Positions 39,798 through 49,733 of a stretch of DNA of 64,000 nt are shown here, in pieces. The translations under genes were made by a program, and so were the position numbers. The stretch is from Patescibacteria group bacterium (GTDB lineage Bacteria; Patescibacteriota; Patescibacteriia; JAXHNJ01). The first letter of the stretch is position 1; each line of letters begins with the position of its first letter. The notes under the pieces are model-generated. The model was not told the DNA's origin, made no database searches, and was given only the letters and a program-made list of their open reading frames with translations. The stretch covers positions 68,964-132,963 of the forward strand of contig JBAZMP010000002.1 of NCBI GenBank assembly GCA_041649715.1, in the 5' to 3' direction.

Positions 39798-41420
39798 ATG
39801 AAAACCAAGAGAATAATAATGGGTTTAAGCTTGAGCTTTATCCTAACAGGCTTGGTTTTTGTTACCGGCGGTAAAACAGCGGCCAATCCTCAAGTCTTAG
39901 GCGCCTTTGATCCGCCTTTCATTTGGCCTTCGGCACGGACGGCTATTCCTGTGTGGATGACCGCTGACCGTTATGGCACGGTTCCACCGATGGACAAAAC
40001 TTACATTTTGAATTTTTGGGCTGGCCATTATGACCTGTTGTTGGACGGACAGCCTTACGATGAGGTTAAGGCCATAAATCCTAATATCAGAAATTTGTCG
40101 CCTGGCTCCCTGAGTTATTTTACGATGTATACGCGGCCGGAATACAGCACGGGTGAGCATTACTGGGGCGGGATAGGAGAATTAAAAACCTGGGTGGAGG
40201 CCCACTGGCAGGAATATGCCTGGGCGAGTCAATTCACGGACGCGGCCGAAGCTTTTGAAGATTGTTTTATTCATGTCAATCAGGAAGTGACCGCCAGTTT
40301 TGTTAAAACAACGGAGGAATATATCATACCGGCCTATGATCCGGCCAATCCTAAACTTTCCCGTTTGCCAGGACCCTGGGACATAGACTATGACTGGATG
40401 ATGAATGTCGGTTCGCCCGTATACATTTCATTTTGGCAGGATTACTATATGCAGCAGCTTGGAGCGCAAGCCACCGAAGGAGTGTTTTTGGATTCGACAG
40501 GCTCGGGTTGGATCCATTTATGGGTTGGTCCGACAAAAACCGTGGAATATAACACTAATGATGACGATACTGCTAGCCGGCTGACATTTACCAATGATAT
40601 AAGAAGCTTAACCGCCTCGGTCCAGGCGGGTTTGCAGAGCTCTTATCCGGATAAAAAATTAGCGATTAATGATTATAATACTTTTGAAGCCAACGTCACG
40701 CCCAAAATGCTGGATTTTCAAAATCAAGCGGACATTCTTTGGCGGGAAAACGGCATTCATAATAACAGGACTTCCACTGATATGAAGAATGAAATTGAGG
40801 CGGACATCCGGGCCACTGAGGCCGGCAAGATCGTTGTTTTGGATCAAAGCGTCGAACTTTGTAGTTCTGTTATTTATTGTGGCAATAGCGATGTTTCATA
40901 CGAACCCTGGAATGATCCGGCTTGCATGGCCTGCGTTGATCAGGAACGACGGGCGGGGCTTGCTGCTTATTATCAGGTGATGAATGATAATATATATTTT
41001 TCCTCGGTCGTGGATTTATTTTTTGCTAAATTTCCATTTCATGAGGAAGACCCGGCGATTTATGCCTGGTACGACGCTATGGGTTATGATATCGGTCAGC
41101 CCGTCAGCGGTTTTAATAGTGATTGGGCTCATGGTCAGGATCCTTCCCAGCCCGGCCTGACTTATTATGTTTTTGCCCGGGAATATACAGACGCCTTAGT
41201 GTTATTCAAAGCCAAGCCGGCGGGATCGCCCACCCACGGCGTTTACGGGGCAAATTCTGAAACCATTCATCAGCTTGACGCCGCTTACCGGCCCTTGAAA
41301 CCTGACGGTACTCTTGGCGATCCGGTCACCAGTGTCACTTTACGCAACTGGGACGGGGCGATTTTAATCAAGCCGGATACAACCCCTCCGGCGGCCGTCA
41401 ACGATCTTAGCGGCGATTAA
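39798..41420 (+). CDS. secreted hypothetical protein
   Basis: 540 aa with an N-terminal signal peptide (MKTKRIIMGLSLSFILTGLVFVTG). It is aromatic-rich and no confident family was assigned. Confidence 0.55.
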   Translation: MKTKRIIMGLSLSFILTGLVFVTGGKTAANPQVLGAFDPPFIWPSARTAIPVWMTADRYGTVPPMDKTYILNFWAGHYDLLLDGQPYDEVKAINPNIRNLSPGSLSYFTMYTRPEYSTGEHYWGGIGELKTWVEAHWQEYAWASQFTDAAEAFEDCFIHVNQEVTASFVKTTEEYIIPAYDPANPKLSRLPGPWDIDYDWMMNVGSPVYISFWQDYYMQQLGAQATEGVFLDSTGSGWIHLWVGPTKTVEYNTNDDDTASRLTFTNDIRSLTASVQAGLQSSYPDKKLAINDYNTFEANVTPKMLDFQNQADILWRENGIHNNRTSTDMKNEIEADIRATEAGKIVVLDQSVELCSSVIYCGNSDVSYEPWNDPACMACVDQERRAGLAAYYQVMNDNIYFSSVVDLFFAKFPFHEEDPAIYAWYDAMGYDIGQPVSGFNSDWAHGQDPSQPGLTYYVFAREYTDALVLFKAKPAGSPTHGVYGANSETIHQLDAAYRPLKPDGTLGDPVTSVTLRNWDGAILIKPDTTPPAAVNDLSGD

Positions 41421-41437
41421 GTCTATTTATTATCGAA

Positions 41438-43480
41438 ATGCCGAAAATTAAGAATAGGAACAAGAAAAATAATCATAATAATATGAAAACGGCGGTTACC
41501 ATTAAAATAAAGACTCCAGTCGGTGTTCTTGTAGTGCCGCAAATATTTATCGGTGTCTGCTACGTGGTAGGCGTGATCGGTGTCGGAGCCATTCTAATAA
41601 TAGCGGCCATTGGCTTGGCCGTCCCGGGTGTCGCGATACCGTATAAAGTGAGCGCGACCGGCAGCTCAAATTCCGTCACTCTGACTTGGACGGCGCCAGG
41701 CGATGATAACGCGATCGGTTTAGCCGATCAATATGATATTCGCTACTCAACTTCCCCGATTACCGAGGAAAATTTTTCCGCCGCCACGGCCGTGGTCAAC
41801 CCCCCCGTGCCTCAGGCCGCCGGCGCCACGGAAACCTTTGAAGTAACGGGTCTGGAGCCGGACACTCTTTATTATTTTGCCTTAAAAACAGCCGATGAAG
41901 TTCCGAACTGGTCGTCTATTTCCAATATAGTGAGTAAAAAGACGGCCCCGGCCTACGTCTGTACGCCTTCATGGTCCTGCACCGGCTGGTCGGTCTGCCG
42001 AAACAGTCTCTCCACCCGTCAATGCATAGACTTGAATAATTGCGGGACGGACAGCGGCAAACCGATCACCCAAAGATCTTGCACGATGCCGGTCCCCACT
42101 TGCACCGAAAGCTGGTCTTGCGGCAGCTGGAGTGTTTGTTATAACAGTTCGCAGTCCCGGACCTGCACTGACGCGAATAGTTGCGGGACGGTAATATATA
42201 AACCCGTTACTCAAAGATCTTGCATCATGCCGGTTCCCGCCTGCACCGAAAGCTGGTCCTGCGCTGATTGGGGCGATTGTCAAAATAGTATACAGTCCCG
42301 GACCTGCACTGACGCGAACAGTTGCGGGACGGAAACAACTAAGCCCGATACCCAAAGATCCTGCACGATGCCAGTTTCTGCCTGTACCGAAGATTGGTCC
42401 TGCACCGATTGGGCCGATTGTTCCCGGGGTTTCCAGCGCCGGGTTTGTCTCGATCAAAATGATTGCGGTACGACTGACGATAAGCCCGAAGAAGTCATTT
42501 CTTGCGCCGTCGGGGGGCAGGAACCCTTAAGTCCTCAAGAAAAATACCTGGTGGTTAGTCCGACTTTGCGTAGCGGGCCACACGTCAGGCTTTATCGCCG
42601 TAATTTTCAACTAAAGAGCCAATTTTTCGCCTATGATCTGAATTTTAGAAACGGCGTGAACGCGGCCTTGGGCGACGTGGACGGGGACGGATCAGTAGAA
42701 ATATTGACGGGCACCGGTCCGGGGAGCGCGCCTCACGTCAGAATTTTTGACACCAATGGACAGGTTAAATATCAATTCTTCGCTTATCCCGAACATTTTC
42801 GTATCGGCGTCGTTCTGACCACGGGCGATATCGACGGTTGCGGCCGGGATGAGATTATCGTTGCGCCTCAGGCCAGGGGCGGCGCGCAGATTAGAATTTT
42901 TAAATTCCAGCCGGAAAACAAGAGTTTCACCGTTTACAACCAGTATTTTGTCTATCCCCTGAATTTTCGTTTAGGCCTGAATCTTGCTTCGACCGATTTG
43001 AACTTGGACGGCCGGGCGGAAATCATTGTTGCCCCGATTTCATACGGCGGCCCCCATGTCCGGGTCTTTAATATCGATCCCGTCACAGGCGATCTGAAAC
43101 TCTACAGTCAGTTTTTCGCCTATGATTATTATTTCCGCGGCGGCGTCAATCTGACGACCGGGGATGTCGATAACGACGGCCGCGAAGAAATTATCACCGG
43201 TCCCGGCACCACCGGCGCTTCGCACATCAGGATCTTTGACGATTGGGGCCGGATTAAATACCAATTTTTCGCCGCGAACATCATTTTCCGCGGCGGGGCA
43301 GAGGTGGCCAGTTTTGATTATGATTTGGACGGAGCGGACGAAGTGATCACGGCCACTTATTCCGCCGGCCCGCCCGGAGTATTCGTCTTCGATAAAAAAG
43401 GGAACGAATTTATCAGAACGATTAATTTTTCCGCCTACAGTGAGTTATACCGCGAGGGTATCCGCATCGACGCATACTAA
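41438..43480 (+). CDS. cell-surface protein: TM anchor, fibronectin-III domain, four Cys-rich repeats of about 46 aa, and an FG-GAP/VCBS beta-propeller
   Basis: FN3 (VTLTWTAPGDD...YDIRYS...LEPDTLYYFALK). Four repeats of CTxSWSCxxWxxCxNSxQSRxCTDANSCGT...QRSC. About seven FG-GAP blades, for example DGDGSVEILTGTGPGSAPHVRIFD and DVDNDGREEIITGPG. Confidence 0.75.
   Translation: MPKIKNRNKKNNHNNMKTAVTIKIKTPVGVLVVPQIFIGVCYVVGVIGVGAILIIAAIGLAVPGVAIPYKVSATGSSNSVTLTWTAPGDDNAIGLADQYDIRYSTSPITEENFSAATAVVNPPVPQAAGATETFEVTGLEPDTLYYFALKTADEVPNWSSISNIVSKKTAPAYVCTPSWSCTGWSVCRNSLSTRQCIDLNNCGTDSGKPITQRSCTMPVPTCTESWSCGSWSVCYNSSQSRTCTDANSCGTVIYKPVTQRSCIMPVPACTESWSCADWGDCQNSIQSRTCTDANSCGTETTKPDTQRSCTMPVSACTEDWSCTDWADCSRGFQRRVCLDQNDCGTTDDKPEEVISCAVGGQEPLSPQEKYLVVSPTLRSGPHVRLYRRNFQLKSQFFAYDLNFRNGVNAALGDVDGDGSVEILTGTGPGSAPHVRIFDTNGQVKYQFFAYPEHFRIGVVLTTGDIDGCGRDEIIVAPQARGGAQIRIFKFQPENKSFTVYNQYFVYPLNFRLGLNLASTDLNLDGRAEIIVAPISYGGPHVRVFNIDPVTGDLKLYSQFFAYDYYFRGGVNLTTGDVDNDGREEIITGPGTTGASHIRIFDDWGRIKYQFFAANIIFRGGAEVASFDYDLDGADEVITATYSAGPPGVFVFDKKGNEFIRTINFSAYSELYREGIRIDAY
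41960..42510. repeat. four tandem repeats of about 138 bp (the coding repeats of the Cys-rich module)
   Basis: Repeated DNA blocks, for example tgcaccgaaagctggtc(c/t)tgcg. Confidence 0.7.
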
Positions 43481-43524
43481 ATGACGGCTGGACGTTTACT
43501 AAGTATTGGTGATATTATTTAGGC

Positions 43525-44106
43525 ATGATTTCTTATCTCCGCGGCAAAGTAAAAATCAAAAGCGATAAATATGTTATTCTGGACGTGGCCGGCGTCGGCT
43601 ACCAGATTTTTGTCAGTCCCGCCGCCCTGAAAGAATTGGGGGACAAGGAAGAAATTGAGCTTTATACTCATCTTTATTTGCGTGAAGACGGCCAGGAACT
43701 TTACGGATTTTTGAATCTGGAAGAAAAGGAGTTTTTTGAACTGCTATTAAGCGTTTCCGGTGTGGGCCCCAAAGGCGCTTTGGGGGTTTTGGCCATCGCC
43801 TCGCTTTCGGCGGTGAAAAAAGCGATTATCCACGGCGACCCGGCCGTGCTGATCAAGGTTTCGGGCATCGGCAAAAAAACCGCCGAGCGCATCATCGTGG
43901 ACCTGAAAAATAAAATAGACATCCTGCCGGGCGAAGACCAGACCATCTATCCTTCCGAAGTGGGCGACTCGGCCGCCATCGACGCCCTGGTCGGTTTGGG
44001 CTATTCGGCCAGTGAAGCCAGGGATGCTTTAAAAGAAGTGGACAAGGAAATTCCTGAGGTGGAGGAAAGGGTGAGACAGGCATTGAAGTTATTGGGAAAA
44101 AAGTAG
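43525..44106 (+). CDS. ruvA: Holliday junction branch-migration protein RuvA
   Basis: 193 aa, MISYLRGKV...DVAGVGYQI..., with HhH motifs (GVGPKGALGVL; GIGKKTAERI) and a C-terminal domain III. Confidence 0.9.
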   Translation: MISYLRGKVKIKSDKYVILDVAGVGYQIFVSPAALKELGDKEEIELYTHLYLREDGQELYGFLNLEEKEFFELLLSVSGVGPKGALGVLAIASLSAVKKAIIHGDPAVLIKVSGIGKKTAERIIVDLKNKIDILPGEDQTIYPSEVGDSAAIDALVGLGYSASEARDALKEVDKEIPEVEERVRQALKLLGKK

Positions 44107-44115
44107 GTCAGATGT

Positions 44116-44168
44116 CGAGAGATTAAGATATTAAGATATTGAGCGATTAAGCGACTAAGATATTAAGT
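44116..44168. repeat. 8-bp-periodic tandem repeat array (six units) downstream of ruvA
   Basis: agattaag atattaag atattgag cgattaag cgactaag atattaag. Confidence 0.55.
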
Positions 44169-44189
44169 TCTCATTTTAATATAAAAACC

Positions 44190-45314
44190 ATGAAAAACCA
44201 AAAAGGCGTTATCAATCTCGCCTTGCCCATCGTTATCGCCGTGGTCTTGCTGGGCATTATCGCTTTTGGCTATTTTTGGTATCTGCCGAAGGTAAATGAA
44301 AATAATAATGCGAACACAAACCAAGTGGCGGTTAACACCAATGTAAGCCAAAACCAAAACGCCAATTCAAACCAGAATACCAATGCAACGGTTGTCGTGA
44401 ATGGAAATGCGAATACTAATTCTAATACGAATACGGCGGTTGATACGACTGGGTGGAAGACGTACGCAAATACAACTTACAGTTACGTCGTAAAATATCC
44501 CACCAGTTGGGAATTAGGGGATAGTAATCCAGCAAATGTTTTTTTTAAGAATGGCACGTATGGCAGTGCTTATGAAGGTGGTGATACGGGTATAAGAATA
44601 AAATTTTATAACTCGCCCGACGACATGGCTACATTAAAAGGACCAGTGGATGGCACACATTATAGTTCTTTGGCGCAATGGATTCAGGCAAATAAGAATT
44701 ATGTACCCGAATTAGCCGTCGTTAGCTCTAGCTTTTTAGGATTAACCGGGCACGAAGCGGCATGGCCGGCGATGGCAGGGGAATATAGATTTTTTCTAGA
44801 AAGGAACAGTAAAATAATGGTTATAAGTTTGATATATCTAAATTCACCAGCAAGAAATATAAATAGCATTGGTCGGCCAGAATTTACCGCCGAAGAACAA
44901 GCATTCTTTGATTCTTTTCAATTCACCGACGAAACCGCGGGGTGGAAGACGTATACGAACGAAGATTATTATTTTACTATCAAATATCCAGAAAAAAGTA
45001 ATTTAGAATCTGATGGTGGTTGGGATATTATTATAACGCCTGGTATTGACAACTGCTCTTTTAGATTTGATGGACGGGGTTTAGGTCGCGGTTTGGAATC
45101 TTATATCGGTTTAGAGGATGAAGGTGTTGAAATTGACGGCAAAAATTATGAGAAAAAACGTTTCGCTTTTCCTAGCAGAAGAATCGGAGTTGAAGTGATA
45201 TTATTGGAAAATAATATATCACATATTGAACTTGATTATCCTGATAATGAAGAAAATTCGGAATGCAGCGGTTTATTAAGCGATATGCTTTCCACCTTCC
45301 AATTCGCCGATTAA
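44190..45314 (+). CDS. membrane-anchored protein with an Asn/Thr-rich linker (paralogue 1)
   Basis: An N-terminal TM helix (VINLALPIVIAVVLLGIIAFGYFWY), an N/T/Q low-complexity region (NANTNQVAVNTNVSQNQNANSNQ...), then a globular domain with two TAGWKTY...KYP modules. Confidence 0.6.
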   Translation: MKNQKGVINLALPIVIAVVLLGIIAFGYFWYLPKVNENNNANTNQVAVNTNVSQNQNANSNQNTNATVVVNGNANTNSNTNTAVDTTGWKTYANTTYSYVVKYPTSWELGDSNPANVFFKNGTYGSAYEGGDTGIRIKFYNSPDDMATLKGPVDGTHYSSLAQWIQANKNYVPELAVVSSSFLGLTGHEAAWPAMAGEYRFFLERNSKIMVISLIYLNSPARNINSIGRPEFTAEEQAFFDSFQFTDETAGWKTYTNEDYYFTIKYPEKSNLESDGGWDIIITPGIDNCSFRFDGRGLGRGLESYIGLEDEGVEIDGKNYEKKRFAFPSRRIGVEVILLENNISHIELDYPDNEENSECSGLLSDMLSTFQFAD

Positions 45315-45361
45315 TTAATAAAACCAAAATAAAGCTAAAAATTTTTAATCTAAAAAATCCT

Positions 45362-46477
45362 ATGAAAAACCAAAAAGGCGTTATCAATCTCGCCTTGCCC
45401 ATCGTTATCGCCGTGGTCTTGCTGGGCATTATCGCTTTCGGCTATTTTTGGTATCTGCCGAAGGTAAATGAAAACAAAAACGCGAACACAAACCAGGTGG
45501 TAGTAAATACAAATGTCAATCAAAACGCCAATTCAAACCAGAATACCAATGGCACGGTTATCGTAAACGGGAATGAGAATGTTAATTCTAGTGCCAATAC
45601 GAATACTAATACGGTTGTAAATTCAAATACGAATACAGCGGGATATGAGACATATACTAATAACACACTTAAATTTTCTATTAAGCATCCAGCTGGCTGG
45701 ACTATAGATGATGCAAGCACGCCGAACAAAGTATGGTTTAATCCTGTTGGTACAGAACAATTGGACAGCATTGAAGTTGAAACGAGAAGCTTGACTGATT
45801 GGTTAGCTAGTTTTGATTCAGATATAGTTGAACAACGGACAATAACTGTTGATGGGTATACCGGTACTCAAGTCGATCTCACCGCTTTTTTCTTGCAAGA
45901 AACAGCAATCCCTAAAGATGGGCAATTATATATTATTCGATCCAATAGATATATTAAGGATCTTAATTTATTATCCACTTTCCAATTCACCGACGAAACC
46001 GCGGGGTGGAAGACGTATATTTCAACTTTAGCAAACTTCACCATCGATTATAACCCTGATTGGATGACCACGGGATTTGAGGGTTTGCAATCGACGTTTG
46101 GACCGAATTCTGATGTACTTTATTTTCACTCGCAGCCGTCGAATGGTGATTATATCTGCGTGGATATTAGAATTGGTTCAACCGTGAGCAACTTCTCTCT
46201 CACGGGCGGCGAAGTTATTGCTACGCTCCCGAACGGATTGAAGATTTATCAGCAGCAAAAGATGTATCAAGATAAAAGTTATCCGATGCTGACGCTGACA
46301 AGAAGTGATACTAGCGTCATTACTGCACCAAATGGGCAACTACTTTGGGTAATGGCCATGTTTAATTGTGTTCAGGGTGATATTGGCAACACCAGCCTGA
46401 ATTACCAACAACAATTGAGTGATGAGCGTTTTTTACAGGCAATTGAGATGCTTAAAACCTTTGCCTTTTCTTCATAG
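45362..46477 (+). CDS. membrane-anchored protein with an Asn/Thr-rich linker (paralogue 2)
   Basis: The first roughly 115 nt are near-identical to 44190-44305. The internal 40-nt block ttcaattcaccgacgaaaccgcggggtggaagacgtata is shared. The six-frame ORF start at 45263 is probably spurious, and the start is the Met at 45362. Confidence 0.6.
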   Translation: MKNQKGVINLALPIVIAVVLLGIIAFGYFWYLPKVNENKNANTNQVVVNTNVNQNANSNQNTNGTVIVNGNENVNSSANTNTNTVVNSNTNTAGYETYTNNTLKFSIKHPAGWTIDDASTPNKVWFNPVGTEQLDSIEVETRSLTDWLASFDSDIVEQRTITVDGYTGTQVDLTAFFLQETAIPKDGQLYIIRSNRYIKDLNLLSTFQFTDETAGWKTYISTLANFTIDYNPDWMTTGFEGLQSTFGPNSDVLYFHSQPSNGDYICVDIRIGSTVSNFSLTGGEVIATLPNGLKIYQQQKMYQDKSYPMLTLTRSDTSVITAPNGQLLWVMAMFNCVQGDIGNTSLNYQQQLSDERFLQAIEMLKTFAFSS

Positions 46478-46627
46478 ATTTGGGTCTTGGTCAAAAAAAT
46501 TCCTCATTACGATATTCGAAAATAAAAAAACCAAAATAAAGCCGAGAGGGGAAGCTGACGAAGCTTCCCTTTCTTGTTGTAGGTGGTAGATGAGGGCATG
46601 GCTGCATTGAAGGGGCCAGTTTATTTT

Positions 46628-46775
46628 TTGGAAATCCTAATTTCTAATGTCTAATTTCTAAACAAATTCCAAATTCAAAATCCCAAATTCTAAACCGTTT
46701 TTGGTAATTGGAAAATTGGGGCTTCGAATTTGTTTAGAATTTCGTATTTCGGATTTCGAATTTATCGCTAAGCTT
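46628..46775. repeat. low-complexity 'aaattccaaattc' imperfect hairpin element (intergenic copy)
   Basis: ...aaacaaattccaaattcaaaatcccaaattctaaacc gttt ttggtaattggaaaattggggcttcgaatttgtttagaatttcg.... The arms pair with wobbles. A related sequence lies in 23S (9246-9388) and at 30515-30600. Confidence 0.45.
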
Positions 46776-46812
46776 GAATTTTATGGCATTTTATTGGATA
46801 ATATAATAACAT

Positions 46813-47814
46813 ATGGAAGTCCAAGAAATTAATGATAAAGAAAAATGGGATGGTTTTTTAGCAAAACAAGCCAAGAGCCAATTTTTGCAGTCCTGGCTTT
46901 GGGGGGAATTCAAGAGGGGCCTGGGAGTAGATATTTGGCGATTTGGGATCCTAAAAAATGATGAATTAGTTGGCGCCTGCCTGGTTTTAAAAAGTCCCTT
47001 GCCTTTGCATAATAATTATTTATACGCGCCCCGAGGCCCGGTTTTCAGTTTTAACTTAAATTCCGAAGAAATAAGCGCGGGTTATGGATTATTAACGGAA
47101 AAAATCAAGGAAACCGCCAAGAAAGAAGATCCTATCTTTTTGAAAATTGAGCCGACTATTGAAAAACCCTTCAGTTTGAACCTGGAAAAGATCGGTTATC
47201 GTTCGGCCAAGACCATCCAGCCGCCGGACACGGTAATTTTGGATTTGACCAAAAGCGAAGAGCAGCTTTTAGCCGAGATGCATCCGAAAACCCGCTACAA
47301 TATCCATTTGGCCGAGCGCAAGGGCGTAAAAGTAATTTTTTCCCGGGATAAAAAAGACATCGAGGTTTTCTACAAGCTTTGCCAGGAAGTGAATGAAAGA
47401 GAGAAAATCAATTCTTTTTCCCAAAAGTATTATGAAAAAATGTTTGAAGTTTTAGGCCCGAGCCTGAAGATCATTAAGGCGGAATTTGAAGGCAAGGTCC
47501 TGGCCATTAATTTGAATATTGATTTTGGCGATATGGAAACTTATAATCACGGCGCTTCAAGTTCTGCGTGCCGTAACGTGATGGCGCCGCATTTGCTACA
47601 ATGGGAGTCAATCAGGCAAGCAAAAAAAGAGGGTTATAAATATTATGATTTCCGCGGCATCGCGCCCAGTGACGACCCGAACCACAAATGGGCGGGAATC
47701 ACCCGCTTTAAAAAAAGTTTTTCCGCCAATACCGCCCATTATCTGGGAGCTTATGACTATGTTTTTAAATCATTGCTTTATCAATTCTATTTATTGGGAA
47801 AGAAAGTCAAGTGA
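46813..47814 (+). CDS. FemAB-family peptidoglycan aminoacyltransferase
   Basis: 333 aa with two GNAT-like halves and typical motifs (FLQSWLWGEFK; LHLAERKG...; HYLGAYD). Confidence 0.8.
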   Translation: MEVQEINDKEKWDGFLAKQAKSQFLQSWLWGEFKRGLGVDIWRFGILKNDELVGACLVLKSPLPLHNNYLYAPRGPVFSFNLNSEEISAGYGLLTEKIKETAKKEDPIFLKIEPTIEKPFSLNLEKIGYRSAKTIQPPDTVILDLTKSEEQLLAEMHPKTRYNIHLAERKGVKVIFSRDKKDIEVFYKLCQEVNEREKINSFSQKYYEKMFEVLGPSLKIIKAEFEGKVLAINLNIDFGDMETYNHGASSSACRNVMAPHLLQWESIRQAKKEGYKYYDFRGIAPSDDPNHKWAGITRFKKSFSANTAHYLGAYDYVFKSLLYQFYLLGKKVK

Positions 47815-48752
47815 TCAATAATAATAATACGGCGATTCAGAATCAGCCCAGAACGCGATACGTCCTTTTGGATCTAATCCGCGCCTTGGCGGTTTTAGGC
47901 GTGATCCTCTGGCATCTTAGCGCGGATTACGGCGTTTTTATGAACGGTTATCTAAGTATCGGCGGCATTTATTACATAAGTTTGGGCAGCTTGTCGGTCT
48001 CCGTTTTTATTATTTTATCCGGTCTGGTCCTAAGCCTAGAATACAGGAACATTGAAATAAAATTCCGTCATTTCATCGCGAAGAGACTGCTTAGGATTTA
48101 CTCGGTTTATGTCTGCATTTTTTTATTTACGCTTGTCTTGTTTTTAACACTGGATTCAGGCTATAAAATTTCATTTTTAGAATTTTTCGGCACGTTTTCC
48201 GGTTTTGGGGCTTTTTTTGGCCTCTGGCGGGGAGGTAACCCCTATTATTTCTATCATCTGTTAAATCCCAGCTGGTTTATCGGTATGATCATATCTCTGT
48301 ATCTGTTTTTTCCGTTATTGAGAAAATTTATCCAGTCATACCGTATCGGAGCCGTTATCAGTCTGCTGATCGTCAGCATAATTTTCCGCACCTTGCTCTT
48401 TGGCAATTTCATGGCCTTTATGACCGCTCCAGAATGGTTCCCTCTTGGCCGGGTATTTGAGTTCGGCCTGGGCATATACTTGGGTCTGGTTATTAAGCCG
48501 GATATCTGGAAAATATTGAATACGGGTCTTAAAAAAGAGAAGGCGCTGAAATTCCTCGGAGAGATTTCTTTTCCGCTTTTTTTAGTCCATTATCCGCTGC
48601 AGTGGATATATCTGGAGTTGCTGCTGAAAATCGGGGTCAAACCCTTCTTAGCCGTCATTTTGTATCTTGCCGCTTCCGTCTGGCTAAGCTGGTTTTTCCT
48701 CTATCTTTCAAAGATCATCTTGGCGAAGGTGAAATATTACTCTAGAATATAA
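47811..48752 (+). CDS. membrane acyltransferase family 3 (O-acetyltransferase)
   Basis: 313 aa with about 10 TM helices. The N-terminus LDLIRALAVLGVILWHL is typical of the Acyl_transf_3 family. Confidence 0.8.
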   Translation: MINNNNTAIQNQPRTRYVLLDLIRALAVLGVILWHLSADYGVFMNGYLSIGGIYYISLGSLSVSVFIILSGLVLSLEYRNIEIKFRHFIAKRLLRIYSVYVCIFLFTLVLFLTLDSGYKISFLEFFGTFSGFGAFFGLWRGGNPYYFYHLLNPSWFIGMIISLYLFFPLLRKFIQSYRIGAVISLLIVSIIFRTLLFGNFMAFMTAPEWFPLGRVFEFGLGIYLGLVIKPDIWKILNTGLKKEKALKFLGEISFPLFLVHYPLQWIYLELLLKIGVKPFLAVILYLAASVWLSWFFLYLSKIILAKVKYYSRI

Positions 48753-48754
48753 GT

Positions 48755-49471
48755 ATGATCAAAAAAGTCGTCATTTCCGCGGCCGGCCGCGGCACAAGAA
48801 TGAAAGAGTTAACGGCTGACAGGCCCAAGCATCTTTTAGAGATCGCCGGCCATCCCTTTCTTTATTATCTTTTGGACCGTCTTTCTAAGGCCGGTTTTTC
48901 CGAAATGATCCTGGTGGTCGGCTATAAAAAAGAAGCCTTTAACGAGTTCATAAGTAAATATCCTTTTAAGCTGGCCGTCATCGATCAGCATGAGATTTGC
49001 GGCGAAGATTACGGGACAGCCATACCGATTAAAGCCGCCCAGAAATTAGTAGGTACCGATGATTTTGTGGCGGTGGCCGGCGACAATCTTTATTCCGTGC
49101 GGGACCTGAAAAAGGTCTTGATCGATGATAAGCTGAATTACATCAGCGGTTTATCGGTCACCAATCCTTCCGGCTTTGGTTATCTGGAAACGGATAATTT
49201 CGGCTATTTACGAAATATTGTCGAGAAACCGAAAGTGTATCCGCCGGGCCCCTGCTTTATTAACTGCAGCTTATACAAGTTCACGCCGGAAATTTTTGAA
49301 TCAATCGGCCGCATTGGTTTATCGGTCAGAGGCGAATACGAAATCACCGACGCCATCAAGCGTCTGGCCCGAGAAAAGAAAGTAAAAATGGTCACCCTGG
49401 AAGATTTTTGGCTGGATTTTGGCCGGCCGGAGGATATTGAGAAACTGGCCAAGCATTTGTCCGGTGAGTAG
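48755..49471 (+). CDS. sugar-phosphate nucleotidyltransferase
   Basis: MIKKVVISAAGRGTRMKELT...KHLLEIAG, the G-x-G-T-R signature of NTP_transferase. Confidence 0.8.
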   Translation: MIKKVVISAAGRGTRMKELTADRPKHLLEIAGHPFLYYLLDRLSKAGFSEMILVVGYKKEAFNEFISKYPFKLAVIDQHEICGEDYGTAIPIKAAQKLVGTDDFVAVAGDNLYSVRDLKKVLIDDKLNYISGLSVTNPSGFGYLETDNFGYLRNIVEKPKVYPPGPCFINCSLYKFTPEIFESIGRIGLSVRGEYEITDAIKRLAREKKVKMVTLEDFWLDFGRPEDIEKLAKHLSGE

Positions 49472-49661
49472 TCGGTTTCGTTCTTCGGCGGCGTATTTGA
49501 TTACGTTTATCGTCAATCGTCTACCGAATTATCTTATGAAACACGAATCACGAATGACGTAACGAAGGATGCAACCGAACAACAAATAAAAAATACTTGT
49601 CCCCTTAGTTTCCCCCTTCGGGGGATCACCCGTAGGGTGACAATGGACAATTTAAATACTT

Positions 49662-49733
49662 GTCCCCTTAGTTCAATGGATAGAATGCAAGCTTCCGGAG
49701 CTTGAGATAGAGGTTCGATTCCTCTAGGGGGCA
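49662..49733 (+). tRNA. tRNA-Arg (anticodon CCG)
   Basis: GTCCCCTTAGTTCAATGGATAGAATGCAAGCTTCCGGAGCTTGAGATAGAGGTTCGATTCCTCTAGGGGGCA, with anticodon loop TTCCGGA. Confidence 0.85.

Noticed and set aside
41969-42457. The 162-aa minus-strand ORF.
   Set aside because: It is an antisense artefact of the GC-rich tandem coding repeats of the surface protein.
45263-45361. The upstream extension MQRFIKRYAFHLPIRRL... of paralogue 2.
   Set aside because: It overlaps the end of paralogue 1 in another frame. The Met at 45362 has a 5' region near-identical to the start of paralogue 1.
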